Shown in pieces: positions 22,127 through 33,699 of a stretch of 33,699 nt of DNA (its first letter is position 1; every line of letters begins with the position of its first letter). The notes under the pieces are model-generated. The model was not told the DNA's origin. It saw only the letters and a program-made list of their open reading frames with translations, and ran no database searches. Origin of the DNA: Hydrurus foetidus (lineage: Eukaryota); assembly GCA_900617105.1 (NCBI GenBank), contig UYFQ01000834.1, forward strand, positions 1-33,699, given 5' to 3'. A program made the position numbers and the translations under genes.

Positions 22127-25100
22127 ATGCCTCCTAAAAGATCTCCCGAATCGAAAGATGCCAAGGAATGCATCCTACAGATTGGGAAATATAACAACAT
22201 CGTGGCATGGAACCTCGACATCAGAGAGTCGATTAACGCAGTCTACGGAGACAGCGCCAGTTTCCTGTACACTGATGACAGATACGTCGCTCCTCTCCCT
22301 CGTGAGGCCGATTACCTGCTGGCTTATCCCGCAGGAGCTCCGGATGCCCTCCCGATGTCAGCGGCATTAATTGCCGACTTAAAAAAGGACGCCTTTACTG
22401 GCCGTGCCAAACAAGTGAGGCAACAAAAGGTGGACGAGTAGAAGATTTGGAGCATAATGTGGATGCGTATGTTCTCAAAGCAAAGTAAAAGAAGAAGAGG
22501 GATTCGAAGCTGCGCAAGTAGCGAAAGACTGCGTCCTTCTTTAGGAATTCATCCGTCGAACCCATCTGACCCATGTGTATGGTGATCTAGACCCTATGGT
22601 CAGATTGAATAAACGTGAGCAAATGGCTCGATACAGTGCTCTCCGGCAAGGGGACCGTGAGTACATAGCGTCTTTTAAGACGCGTTATGATGCACAGATT
22701 CTGGCGAGCAGAGGTGCAGGTGTAGCTGACATTGATGAGGAAACCATGGCCATGGACTTCATCCACAAGCTGGACACAAAACGGTATGAGAAAATGCTTG
22801 TACATATGCGTCGTAATGCACTTTGCAATGGTCCAGATGCATATCCTACCACTCTAGCGTCAGCACTCCGGATAGCGTCCGGGTGGGTGGACGAAGGTTC
22901 AAGTTCCGTGAAATCCGGGGGGACGGGAACCGAAACCCACTCTGCTTTCGTCACAGCAGATTTGAACTTAGTGACGAAGTCCAAGGACACATCCAAGAAA
23001 CATAGTACGAACTCTGCTGCAGATGTCCCTTCTGGAAAGAAGAAGTCACTGTCAGAGATAGAGTGTTTCACGTGCGGTGAATACGGACATTACGCTAGAG
23101 ATTGTAAGGATCGCAAGTCTAGCGATAAGGCCTTAGTAGCTGGGGGTGGGAAGGCAGACTCATCTGATGAGGACTACGATGACGCCTACAATGGGGAAGT
23201 GGCCTACGTCACTACGTGCGAGTTAGTTCTGTTCTCTAGGGATGATCTTCTATTGGATAGTCAAGCGTCGGTCAATGTCTTTTGTAACCCGATGTTACTC
23301 AAGAACGTGAGAAAATCTGATCGACAGGTGGTTCTCAACGGGGTACAGTCTAATGCTAATGGAGTCAATATCACTATGGAGGGTGACTTTGGTGACGTTG
23401 GGACAGTGTACTATAGCAATGAGTCAACAGCCAACATCTTATCATGTGCGGTCATGGTAGACCAAGGCAACGATGTCCGTTACGATCAGAAGTTTGACAG
23501 ATTCGAACTAAGACCTGCTGACAGTAAAAAAGTTTACTCATTCTGCCGCAAGAAGGTTGCCGGTAGTGAAGGAAGATTCTATTGTTGTGACGTGAACACA
23601 ATGGTTGGACAATTCGCAACAACATATCCGATTCAGAATACATCGGATCATGCTCTCGTGGAAACAGAGTTAGACAACATGAGAAAGTACACGAAACGTG
23701 AAGTAGAGGGAGCCCATAAGGCAAGACACATGCTTGCCAAGATGGGTTTCCCGCCAGTATCTCAAGCAATTGACATCGTTACGAGGGGTGTTAACTTTGA
23801 GGTGACTGGGACTGACTTCAGGATAGCGGACGATATCTGGGGTCCAGACATCGCGTCTATGAAAGGGAAGATGAAGAAGCAGGCTTCATGAATTGCCGAC
23901 ATTAATATCGGTACACAGCTAATCCAGCAGGAGCAGATACTTTCTGTGGACATAATGTATGTGGAGGGTATCCCTTCACTTATTGGATTGGCTACGCCAT
24001 TAGACCTGACTATGGCAGTTTCACTTTTGGCACTAGATTCCAACCGTGGTTTGAGATCTGTGAGCATCATTCGAGATGGTATACTTAGCTTCATATCCAT
24101 GCTCGCGTCACGTAACTTCGTGACTAGCCTTATAATGAGTGATGGTAAAGGAGCTATCGGTGCTATCAAAGGAGAGTTGAATCTACTTGGGGTTGAGGTA
24201 GACGTGAGTGGTGCAGGTGGGCATGTCGCTAGAATCGAGAGGAAGATCCAGACTGTTAAGGAACGGGTGAGAGCTCATATCTCCCATCAATTGCCTTTTA
24301 CTCTAACCACGCTTGGTGTTGCTACGCTAGTTCTATTCTGCGTTTCCAGGTTGAACTACCAAACGTCAGGAACGGGACACAGGGAAGAGTGCCCGCGTGT
24401 CGCCTTTTCTGGTAGACCGGTCAACCAATCGATCGATTTTCGAGCGGCGTTCGGCGAGTACGCCCAAAGCACCGTCCCCAATACGGACAGCTCTAGGACC
24501 GAGGACTGCATTGTTATGCTACCTGTGTCGAATAGAACTGGGTCAGTACAAATGATGAGCCTAAGAAGTGGAAAACTAGTCCTCCGTGATCAGTCCAAGA
24601 TAATGCCGATGCCATCCACTGTCATCACGAGGCTTAACGAGATGGCAACTGCTGAAGGGAGGAAGCTAGTTGACCGTACAAGGATGGTATACTCGAAGGA
24701 GAGTGGGTTGATCAAGCCAGGTTTCACGGTCGGGAGTCTTGCGGACGAAGTTGGAGTTGAACACACTGATTCGTACAGCGCTATCGATATAGAGAATGAC
24801 ATTCGGGAGATGGACAGTCAGAGCATATCACTCGACCCAACGCCAGTGAACATAGAGTTCAATGCAGCGGACCTTGACGTCGGTCCTCTCGTGCACTTTC
24901 GTGATCCTATCGAGGATGTGTACGTGCAGCCAGATGCATCTATACCTGTAACTCCTCCCAGATCGGGGAGTAGGGGTGCTGGTGATATTGACCGCACTGG
25001 GTATGAAGTAGCCGTGAGGAGTCCACCTTTGAGAAGGGACATCCTGAACTACTACAACGCAAATGAGGCTGCTGTAATTGCTAAGGATCATGCTATGAAT

Positions 25101-25763
25101 ATATCTGTCAAGGAAGCACTCAGGAGTAGGGGTGTTGTTGCAGAACGTGTGATTATGAAGGAACTTTCTCAGATGAGGGACAAAAAGGTATGGACTCCTG
25201 TACATATGTCCGCACTTTCGAGTACGGAAAACACCGAATTATTCGATCACAGATGTTCTTGAAAGAAAAGTATTTACCTACTGGTGTGTTTGAAAAGCTT
25301 AAAGCAAGATTAGTCGCAGGCGGAAATCAGCAGGATAAGGAGCTGTATGACGATCTATCATCTCCCACCGTCTCCACTTGCGCTGTCATGACAGATTTCA
25401 GCATCGCGGCGCACGAGAGGAGGAGCGCTTCTGTGGTTGATATTGGTGGGGCGTACCTGAATGCAGACATGAGTACGGGCATTGACGTGTACATGAGGCT
25501 AGATCCTACCATGTCCAAGATGATGATCACACTCGATGCATCATATGAGGGATACGCTGACAAGAAGGGGTGTATTGTTGTCAAACTTGACAAGGCGCTA
25601 TACTGGTGTGTCGAGTCGGCAGCTTCATGGTACGAGAACCTTTCAGCTACCCTGAATGATCTGGGATACGAGCGGAATGACTATGAGTTGTGCGTGTTTA
25701 ACAAGGTGTGTGACGGGATCCAGTGTACAGCTGCAGTGCATGTCGATGACTTGATCATCGACA
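22127..25763 (+). pseudogene. Copia C gag-pol, single-ORF type, degenerate and truncated after the RT catalytic motif
   Basis: CFTCGEYGHYARDC; LLDSQAS; SVDIMY/MSDG/IERK; KLKARLVAGG; HVDD. Stops at 22439, about 22542 and 23889, and frameshifts near 22475 and 25225. Confidence 0.9.
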
Positions 25764-25894
25764 TGTTGAACCTGCACGTGTTGAACCTGCAGAAGGAGCG
25801 TGTACCCAGGAAGGATATAGTTGTCCATTCAGTGGAAACTGATCCTTAGTTACGACATAATTAACGAGTTGCTTTCGTTGCAACCAGTTGCAAC

Positions 25895-27018
25895 ATGAAA
25901 GGCAGAGGCCGAGGCCGAGGCCGAGACACAATACCGCAGGCGGTCGAGCAAACCCTGCCAACGGTGGCAGAGGGAATGCTGGCCGCGGTGCGAAGCCTCC
26001 ACCAAGAACAGGAACGGTAGCCGCGATCGGCGCATTTCTGGATCTCGGAAGAGAGATGAACCATGGCAGCGTAAGCGCATGGATGAGGAAGTTCCGCGAG
26101 TATACTCGCGCGAACTACAAGTCCGATATCTCTGAGATATTCGGCAACGAGGGCATACCGGGTGATTACCCGCAATATGTCGCTCCCGCGGATATAGTAG
26201 CCGACGCAAACTTCATGGTAGCGACCAAATGGAAGCGTGCACTGGAGCTGTACGATGAAAACGTCCTGACCTTGAGAGAAGACCGAAAGCAAGTCTTCGG
26301 ACTCATGCTAGGTCAGATTAGCGAAGCGTCGAAAGCGACGATTCGAGAAGCTGAAACGGGTCTCGGAGCCATGACTGCAGAGGACCCGCTTCTACTGTTG
26401 AGAGCTATAATCCTGACTCACCTGAGCGACCCAAGACTAGGGGCTGACCAGAACCTACTGAGAGTGAGAATGGCGTCCGAGACGGTTAAGATGGAACCGA
26501 ACGACGTCCTAAAATATTATTATCAACGATTCAAAGCCCTTAAGGCAGGATACGAAGATACAATGCGGGCGTTAGGGGTCATGCCCGACTATAACGAGGC
26601 CATGACCGCACACAATGAGGTACTCACGGGAATGAAGTTCATGAATGGACTGAACGCCGGGTACCGCCATTACGTAGAGTACTATGAGCACAGGCTCAAG
26701 GACTGGCCGGACACGTTAAAGGACGCGTACCTCGAGATGGCGAAGGTCACGCCAAAGAAACCGGCTGGCACTTCCCCACCCAACCAGACCAACGTATTTG
26801 CGACAAAAACTGCTGGGGGTGAGAAAACGGCTGGCATTGACACTGGTAAAGGGAAGAGCTCTGGGAACGGCGACAGAGGGAAGGGTGGGCTTACGTCGTA
26901 CGGCACCCGTCCCGGAAATTGCAATAAGTGCGGTGAAGCCGGACACAACTCCTATGAGTGTACGGCCAAGGATAGCCAAGCGGATGCATCAGCACCCAGT
27001 GGAAAGTCGGTAAACTAA
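25895..27018 (+). CDS. Copia D Gag with RG-rich N-terminus
   Basis: ATG at 25895 gives MKGRGRGRGR, and one indel near 25925 joins the 376-aa ORF. Zn knuckle CNKCGEAGHNSYEC; stop TAA at 27016-27018. Confidence 0.8.
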
Positions 27019-28435
27019 GTAAGATACATTATTCCTCACCTGTACACTCACCCACACCTACACCCGTACACACACCTGCACTTACATCCACACACACATC
27101 TATACATACACTCACCGATCCTCCATGTTTGGCTGATTTCACTAGCGGAATTGAAACGTGTGATCATATTGTTTTTAGTGCTAACACATGCAATGTATAT
27201 AACATAATTAGAAAACGTCACATACTGCTTGACACATGTGCTGGTGAGTCGGTTTTCAACGACTCATCCCTGCTGTATAATGTTGAACACGCACCCACAC
27301 CCATGATTGTCAGCGGGGTGAATCCGAAAGGAAAACCGCTGATAATCAAGAAACGTGGGGTGTCGGCGTTCTGCAACGTGTATTATAGCCCTGACTGTGC
27401 TGGTAATATATTGTCTTTTGGTAATGCTGTACGTGACTGTACTGATGTTAAGTACTTACATGACTATGATTGTTACATAGTGCAAGACGTCAGCGGAAAA
27501 TATTTTTATAGATTCTCACGAGATGAGGCTATGAATATATACCAATGTAATCTTGACACTATGGTAACAGAATGCATGCCAATGTTAGTTACGACAGTAG
27601 AGCAGAATAAAAAGAAGTATACAGTAAGAGAAGTCAGAGACGCGTCGTTAGCTAGAGACTATCAGCGTAGATTAGGATACGCTAGCGCAGCACAGACTAT
27701 TAAGTTGATATCCCAAGGGAACTTGACTAATAGCAAAGTGACTGCGCGAGACGTACATAGAGCTATTGATATATGGGGACCGGACGTGGGATCCCTTAAG
27801 GGGAAGACCACCAGTCACCAGGCCAAGTTAGAAGAGAAGCTACCACTGATAGGTATTGAGTACAAGACAGAACAGATTATGATAGTGTTTGTCAACCAAG
27901 TACCATATCTAGTATCAGTAGTGCAGCCCATCGAGTTCCTATACGTTAGCAAGTTAGCTAACCGAGAGCATAAGAGCATATGGAACAGCCTAAAGACTTC
28001 ATTAGCAAGCATGGTAAAGTACAGATTCAGAGTTAAGATGATCCGAGTAGACGGCGAGGGTGCAATCAATACAGAATGGTTTCACAACAAAATCGGCTTA
28101 AGAGGTATAGTACTAGACGTTACCGGAGCCGGAGAAGCCGTAGCCGTAGTCGAGCGTAAGATACGACACATAAAGGAGAGAGTAAGATCAGTAGTCAATT
28201 CTCTACCGTTCTCATTGAATGAGAAACTAGAAGTGTGGTTAGTTAAGTATGCAGTCAGTAGAATTATATTAGCTCCCACACGTAACTCACTTAATCACAT
28301 CAGTCCACGAGAGAAACGAACCGGAAGAAAGTTAGACGTAGATAAGGAGATTAAACATGGTTTTGGTGATTATGTCCAAGTGCATAATGATGTCATTGAT
28401 AACTCTACCAAAGCAAGAACAGCCGGGGCCATAGC
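27009..28435 (+). CDS. Copia D Pol fragment (PR, IN), in the -1 frame relative to gag
   Basis: ILLDTCAGES; RRLGY..IWGPDVGSLKGKT as in elements A and C; RVDGEG; VVERK. The region of the first integrase Asp appears deleted. Confidence 0.8.
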
Positions 28436-28721
28436 TGTCGGAAATGGACCGAAACTCGGAATGAGAAACAGAATTGCTTAAGTATTACTTGAAAGATTGT
28501 GTGGAATGTGTAGAGTTGATGAATGAATTGACGATGTGAATTGTGAATTGTGAATTGTGAATTGTGTGTGAAGTGAAATGATCGTCATGGTAGTTGCAGT
28601 TAAGTCAACATGAATGGTTGAGGAAGATGGTCGTCAGCGGTGGTGGTAGTTGGAGTCGGGGTCGTCATTGCCAGTTGTAACCGACAGTAGTGTATGTATA
28701 TGTGTATGTATACTACTGACA
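28436..28721 (-). repeat. 3' LTR of copia B2 (286 bp)
   Basis: Reverse complement of 17453-17738, with no differences noticed by eye. Confidence 0.96.
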
Positions 28722-28762
28722 TGCGCCGGTAAGCTAAACATGACAGAGATGGAGTGGATTGC

Positions 28763-31700
28763 TTAATATGTGTTTGTGTGAGATGAGTTCAAGAGCTGGC
28801 TACGGAACCATAAAAACTTAGAAGGACTCAGGCTCTTGGTCAGGCCATCTGCGATCATATCGTGGGTGCCGATATGTTGTGGGATAATTTGCTTTGTCTT
28901 GTAGAGCCATCGGACATAGTGGGATTTGAGGGTGATGTGTCTTGAACGGCGTGTTATTTGAGAAGCAGTGGTGAGGTTGATTGTTGGTTGATTGTCTTCG
29001 AGGATTGTGGTGGGGTGATGTTGGGGGAACCCTATGTCGGATGCAAACTGGCGGAAGAAGACGACATCTTTGGCGCAGCGGCCAAGGGCGAGGTACTCTG
29101 CTTCGCACGGGCTGAGGGCGATGCCTGCGGTTTCGGCGGAGGAGTGTACTGCGAAAGGGGCGTTGACAGAACCTATTTGAATTGTGTAGGCGGAGTGGGA
29201 GTGGCCATCGGGGTGGCAGGCGTGAGAGGAGTCTGCTGCGGCATGTAATGTAACACCGGATGGGAATGCGGAGTGGTTAGCGGAGAATGTCGGGCCGAGT
29301 TTAGGGCAGCCTTTCAGGTAGCGGAGTAGGTGGATTTGTTTTGAGAGGTCGGATTGGGTGGGAGCGGAGTTACGGGTACACAAGTGGACAACTTCTTTCC
29401 GAATATCGTGGCGTATAGGGAGTAGGAACACAAGGGTGCCATTGATGCGGAGAAATCGTGTGCGGTCGACAGGGGTAGGATCAGTTGGAGGGTCAAAGAA
29501 GTTGGCTGTGGAGGGGGTCAGCGCAGGGGGGACTAGGTCCATACCGGATTGGTGGAGGAATTTTATGATGTGCGCTCCTTGGTCGAGGGTGCAGGAGTGG
29601 TCAGCGTGTCGAGTCAGTCGGACGCCACAGACTCCGGTGGAAGCGTCGTTGAAAGCGATGGGACCGTACCGGTGTTGAAGGATGGACTTAAGTTCGTCGC
29701 GAAGGGTAAAAGAGCATGTAACGTACCAACCGTCGTCAACATGCATATTTAGGGTGAGGGAGTCCGCGGGGTTGAGGGGGCAGCGCTTGTGAAAACTGTG
29801 ATGGTCTGAGGCTGTGGGGAGGAAGCCCCCAGCGGTGAGGAGTGTGACGAGGTCTTTATCGTATTCATGGTTCGCTTGCTTGATGCCGTAGCAACAACCG
29901 GTGATCTCTGCTAGCTTGCCGGCGAGGGGGCTAGGGAGGTCTGGAGGGAGGGTAGCTATCAGCTGGTGGCCATTGGTCATGGCGCGGGTAAGCTTATTAT
30001 GTAGGAAGGCACCGGGGAAGTCGAAGTCGCCAATGAGGAGGCGGTCGAGGCAGTGACGGTGACTGGCGTCGGCGAGGTAGGCGCTGAGGAGGAATGCACG
30101 GTTGGTTGTGTCTGAGGTCCCTGCGTAGGTGTCGTTGTATGATTCTCGGGGTTGGCGGCTACCATCTATGGCGAGGCGGGCGGTGACGAGGCCGTTGAAT
30201 TTCTTCTTGATTAGCATTTGGCTGCGGAGAAAAATGGCAGTGGGTTCAACGCTAGCGCGAGGGATTAGCTTGAGGGACTCATAGGTATCAAAGTGCTTGC
30301 TGAGCTCTTTGACAATGCCAGCCGTAATGTCGGGAGCGGGGAGGAGGAGGAATGCTCTGCGGATGGACATTTCGGCGCGGTGGGGAGGCAGCGGGTCCGG
30401 GGTGAGGGTCGTAGGACGGTTATTGAGTGGCGTATCGGGTGGGTTGGAGAGGCGGTGGTGGCGGTTGCGGATGGCAGCGAGTCGGGCATTATGTACTTTT
30501 CGTTGAGCGGCGTTGATGGGGGCGGTGGGGGTGTCGACTAGTGGTGTGAGTGGTGCGGTATAGCATCCTTTCCAGTGACCGGGGGGATGCGTAGTTCGGG
30601 ATGATCGGCGGATTAGTAGTGGTGCCACAATATGGGTTGCGGTGTCGGCAGGGTGCGGGAGTGGGGGTGACGGGGGTGAGAGGGGAGCAGGGGGGCTTGG
30701 GGGCTGGGGCGGTGGTGAGAGTGCTGCAAGAGGAGGAGGTGGCGGCGGTGGCGGCGGTGGTGAAGTCAAAATGGGAGGAAATCGTCGTCAAGGAAAGAGT
30801 GGTCGGCAAGTCTGAAAATGTGAAGAAAAAGGAACAAAAGCGGTGAAAGAACAATGGAGGGAGGAGAGAAGGTCCGTGGGCAGGGGGGAGGGGATGTAGC
30901 CGGTAACGGAGGCGATGGCTTCGATGTGGGGTGTGTCAGGGAGTTGGATGACTGAGTTTTGGGACTGTGGTAGTAGGGGGGGTGTGGGTGGGAGGGGCGT
31001 GCGGAGTACGAAGGGCTTTGGGGTCCAATCGAAGGGAATAAAGTAGGGCGGGAAAGGGGTGGTGGGGCGCCGAGGTACGATGGAGCCGTTGGCGAGGAGG
31101 AAGAGGGTGCGACCTGTGAGAAGGTCGGGACCCATGCAGACTCCTAGTTCTGCTTTGGGTTCAGTGTTGGCTGCGGTATGGTTAGCGCGGGCGAGCGCGT
31201 GGCGTTTGTCTGAGTGCTGCGTGACCATGCAGCAGGTGCCGAATGGGAAGAGGCGACGGGATGGTTTGGAGCCGCGCAGCAGCTCGTCAGGTGTGGAGGG
31301 GGAGCTGCGTGTATTTATGAGGGTATTGCGGATCGCGGCGATTGCTTTGTGGAGGTGAAGTGTGTACTTCAGTGGAAGGTGGTATGGAAGGGCAGAGAGT
31401 GTGGCAATGGAGAGTTGCCGGAGTGTTAAGATAGACCGTTCCACTCTGGCAGCGTGTTCTCCAGGGGGAGATGTTTGAAGGGTTATCCCCAGGGAGCCTA
31501 GGGGACCGGCAAGAGAGGTGTTGACTTTCTCGCAATCGCCATGAAGAGTGTGGACGCGGTGGCGGTGGGCGTTAAATGTAGAGGCTATAACGTGTTGGAG
31601 CGCTTTGAACATGCTGGGTGTGGATTTGGAGGAGGCACCTACAACGGATAAGTGGCCTGTGAATTCGTCTACTAGGATTATCTCGTGTGTATGAAGGCCA

Positions 31701-32534
31701 GGGGAGGGTTCAGGCAATAGCTGGGGGTCAAAACTGAGGACGGCACCGACAGAGGTGGCGGGTGCGGTGGTGGATGGAGGGTGAGGTGGGTTCCGGTGCT
31801 TACCAGCGGTACAGTGCGGACAAGGGCCGCGGAGTTCACGGTTGAGGGTAACATCCGAGCAAGTGAGGGTAGTGAAGGGGAGTTTCCCGGTAGAGAGGTT
31901 GAGGCAGAGGCTGCGGTCAGAGGGGTGGCAGAGATCGTTGTGGAGTTCCTCGGCAGCGTCAGCGCGAGAGCGTTGTTCAGCATTGACGTGGTGTATGAGG
32001 AAGGTGGCCGTGAATGCGGCAGGGTGGTACGTCTGAGGTGACAGGGTGGAGGCACTGTGAAGAGCGCGGAAGTCAACGGGGAGGAGGTTGTGTGGGGAAA
32101 GAGTGGAGTGCGCGAGGAGGGGCCCGGAGGGAGAGGAGAGTATGGTGACGTGGGTCAGGGGGCGGTTGGGGTCTGGACTGTATGTAGCTCCGCAGCGTTG
32201 CATGTGGCCAAGGCTAAAGAGATTAACTGGGAGGGTTGGGGAGAGAGTTCATGCCATTGGTGGTAGGGAGGCAGTGGAGGGATCCACGGTGGGTCACAGC
32301 GCAGGAGCCACCGACGCCTCCGATTGAGAAGGGCGCTGGAAGTGGTTGCAGGTTATAGAGGAGGGAGGCGTCACGAACGGTGTGGAAGGAGCATGCATTG
32401 TCCCAGTAGGATGGAGTGAGAGCTGGGGTGGAGTGGAGTGTGGAGGCAAGGGCGAGGGGGTGGGAGAAGAGGATGAGGGGGCGATGAGTTGGCTCGGAAT
32501 GGGTGTGGTCGGGTTGGGCGGGAGGGGTGGATAG
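28763..32534 (-). CDS. Copia B2 Pol, with frame breaks near 32240 and 30770-30850
   Basis: Same PR/IN/RT/RNase H motifs as B1, with only a few amino-acid differences in RT-RNase H. Confidence 0.88.
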
Positions 32535-33699
32535 TCAGGCAGAGTCTGGATAGTCAGAGGCTTCGATCGCTGCTTCTGCAATAAGGAACATGGCTGCATT
32601 GGAAGCGTCGGGAGTGGCGGCGCCGTCGAGCTGACTAATGAGTGCACGAAGGCGCTGTGAGGTGTTGGAGGGTGGAGGAGGTGGCGAAGGGCTTGGGCTG
32701 GGGCCGGCAAGACGGTTGGGATTCTTTGAACAATATGCAGAGAGGTGGCCGAACCTTTGGACTTTGTCGACACTGAGGCACCAAGTACAATGTGTGGGAT
32801 GTAGGTGAGGTTTGGGGGAGCTGTCTTTCTTAGTGCCGGGAGGGCGAGTGCGGGGCGCGGATGGTGGGAGGTTCGAAGCGAGGAGGGCAGAGCCTTGAGT
32901 GGAGACTTCATCACGGGTGAAAGAGAGTGAGTTGGCTATTTTCCAACTCTGCAACTGGGACATCAGGGCGATGGGGTCTGGGAAGCGGCCAGTGGGGTGG
33001 TTTTGGAGAAGCTCATCGAGGGCGCGGCGAAACTCACTGCGGTTCAGGCCGGCGAGATAAAGGAAACTAGTGAATTCAGGGATAGAGACGAATCCAGGAT
33101 GAGCGGCGGACTCAAAGTCGAGTTTGAAGGTCTCTGTCATTGAGGTGATGAGGTCCATGTAGGCTTCATGGGGCAGGTCAGATTGAGAGATGTTGACATA
33201 AAGGCGAGTCCTATGTAGTTTGGTTGTGGCATTGCCGATGGAGTGGATGGCGCGGATGATAACGTAAAACGCGTAGCTTCGAGATCCGATGGGAAGGAGT
33301 TGGTAAGTGGGGTAGTTGGCGTGGGTCTGGATAGTGTGGGAAGCTGAGATGGTGGGAGAGGTGGTCAGGCATTCCGTGTCATGGTCAGAGAAGCTCCTAG
33401 GCAGAGTAGATCTTCTTGTGTGGAAGTTAGTGTTACCTTGGGTACTCAGGGTGAGGGTAACTGGGTCGATGGGTGGGAGTGCTGCTTCGTCGGGAGGAAA
33501 GTGGGCGCCTGGAGTAGGTGAGTTGCCCCGGAATTGGAATGCCGTTGTCGTCTTTTGTCGAGGTCTGGATGGCTCAATAGCGAAGGTTGGAGAGGAATGC
33601 TCATGTCGGAGAGGATTTGTTGGCCGGCGACGCCAAACTTGGTGAAGCATTGGAGCTTGAGAGCTTCCAGGCGGACCAGTTATCCTTTTGGAGATCAAG
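32535..33699 (-). CDS. Copia B2 Gag, partial; many small indels beyond about 33330
   Basis: Near identical to B1 Gag from THANYPTYQ to SDYPDSA*. Confidence 0.88.
   Translation of the reverse strand, partial: LISKRITGPPGSSQAPMLHQVWRRRPTNPLRHEHSSPTFAIEPSRPRQKTTTAFQFRGNSPTPGAHFPPDEAALPPIDPVTLTLSTQGNTNFHTRRSTLPRSFSDHDTECLTTSPTISASHTIQTHANYPTYQLLPIGSRSYAFYVIIRAIHSIGNATTKLHRTRLYVNISQSDLPHEAYMDLITSMTETFKLDFESAAHPGFVSIPEFTSFLYLAGLNRSEFRRALDELLQNHPTGRFPDPIALMSQLQSWKIANSLSFTRDEVSTQGSALLASNLPPSAPRTRPPGTKKDSSPKPHLHPTHCTWCLSVDKVQRFGHLSAYCSKNPNRLAGPSPSPSPPPPPSNTSQRLRALISQLDGAATPDASNAAMFLIAEAAIEASDYPDSA

Larger units (their letters stand above)
12018..25763 (+). mobile_element. Ty1/copia element C, degenerate; 5' LTR split by the DNA transposon and truncated in RT
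   Basis: The LTR start TGTTGGATATTGCATGTA (12018-12035, resembling the start of LTR A) resumes after the TGTA duplication at 21822 and ends TTCCAACA at 22099. It is followed by gag-PR-IN-RT up to HVDDLII. Confidence 0.8.
25764..28435 (+). mobile_element. Ty1/copia element D, 5' portion (short LTR remnant, gag, PR, IN), interrupted by B2
   Basis: A new gag begins right after the broken RT of element C. The integrase frame is cut at ARTAGAIA by the B2 LTR. The left boundary is uncertain. Confidence 0.8.
28436..33699 (-). mobile_element. Copia B2, second copy of family B in inverted orientation; 5' end beyond the window
   Basis: Reverse-complement match to B1 across the LTR, pol and gag. The left flank ATAGC is the predicted TSD. 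Confidence 0.96.

Noticed and set aside
12470..33699. B1 and B2 as the arms of one giant inverted-repeat element
   Set aside because: B1 has its own LTR pair and TSD, and B2 cleanly interrupts the D integrase at an LTR terminus, so they are independent insertions.
33330..33699. Divergent N-terminus of B2 Gag
   Set aside because: The nucleotide sequence still follows B1 but with dense small deletions, typical of a low-coverage contig end.

Overview
Eukaryotic genomic DNA (short GT-AG introns; probably a protist, stramenopile-like by inference), dominated by transposable elements. From left to right: (1) the 3' part of Ty1/copia element A with its PPT and 3' LTR (1-5149); (2) about 1.2 kb of unassigned sequence; (3) an 8-copy, 244-248 bp tandem array (6336-8297); (4) a 5-exon minus-strand papain-family (C1A + I29) cysteine protease gene ending in about 75 copies of a PTATPT(N/S)N octapeptide (8391-11888); (5) a nested TE stack. 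In the stack, copia C starts at 12018 and its 5' LTR is split by a Sola2-like DNA transposon (12036-21817, 26-bp TIRs, TGTA TSD). The transposon carries a complete copia B1 (12153-17738, CTCTC TSD). Copia C is cut in RT by copia D, which is cut in integrase by an inverted second B copy (B2, 28436 to window end). The most unusual system is the young copia B family. It has no tRNA-type PBS but a PBS-position 13-mer perfectly complementary to its own LTR (Tf1-like self-priming), no polypurine tract, and a single in-frame UGA-CUA between gag and pol that is conserved in both copies. Copia C has a PBS-position sequence complementary to the conserved U2 snRNA, and copia D has a candidate -1 frameshift site. 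Scattered 1-2 bp indels suggest a noisy long-read consensus, so single-copy frameshifts are treated cautiously. All family assignments come from motif recognition, not database searches.
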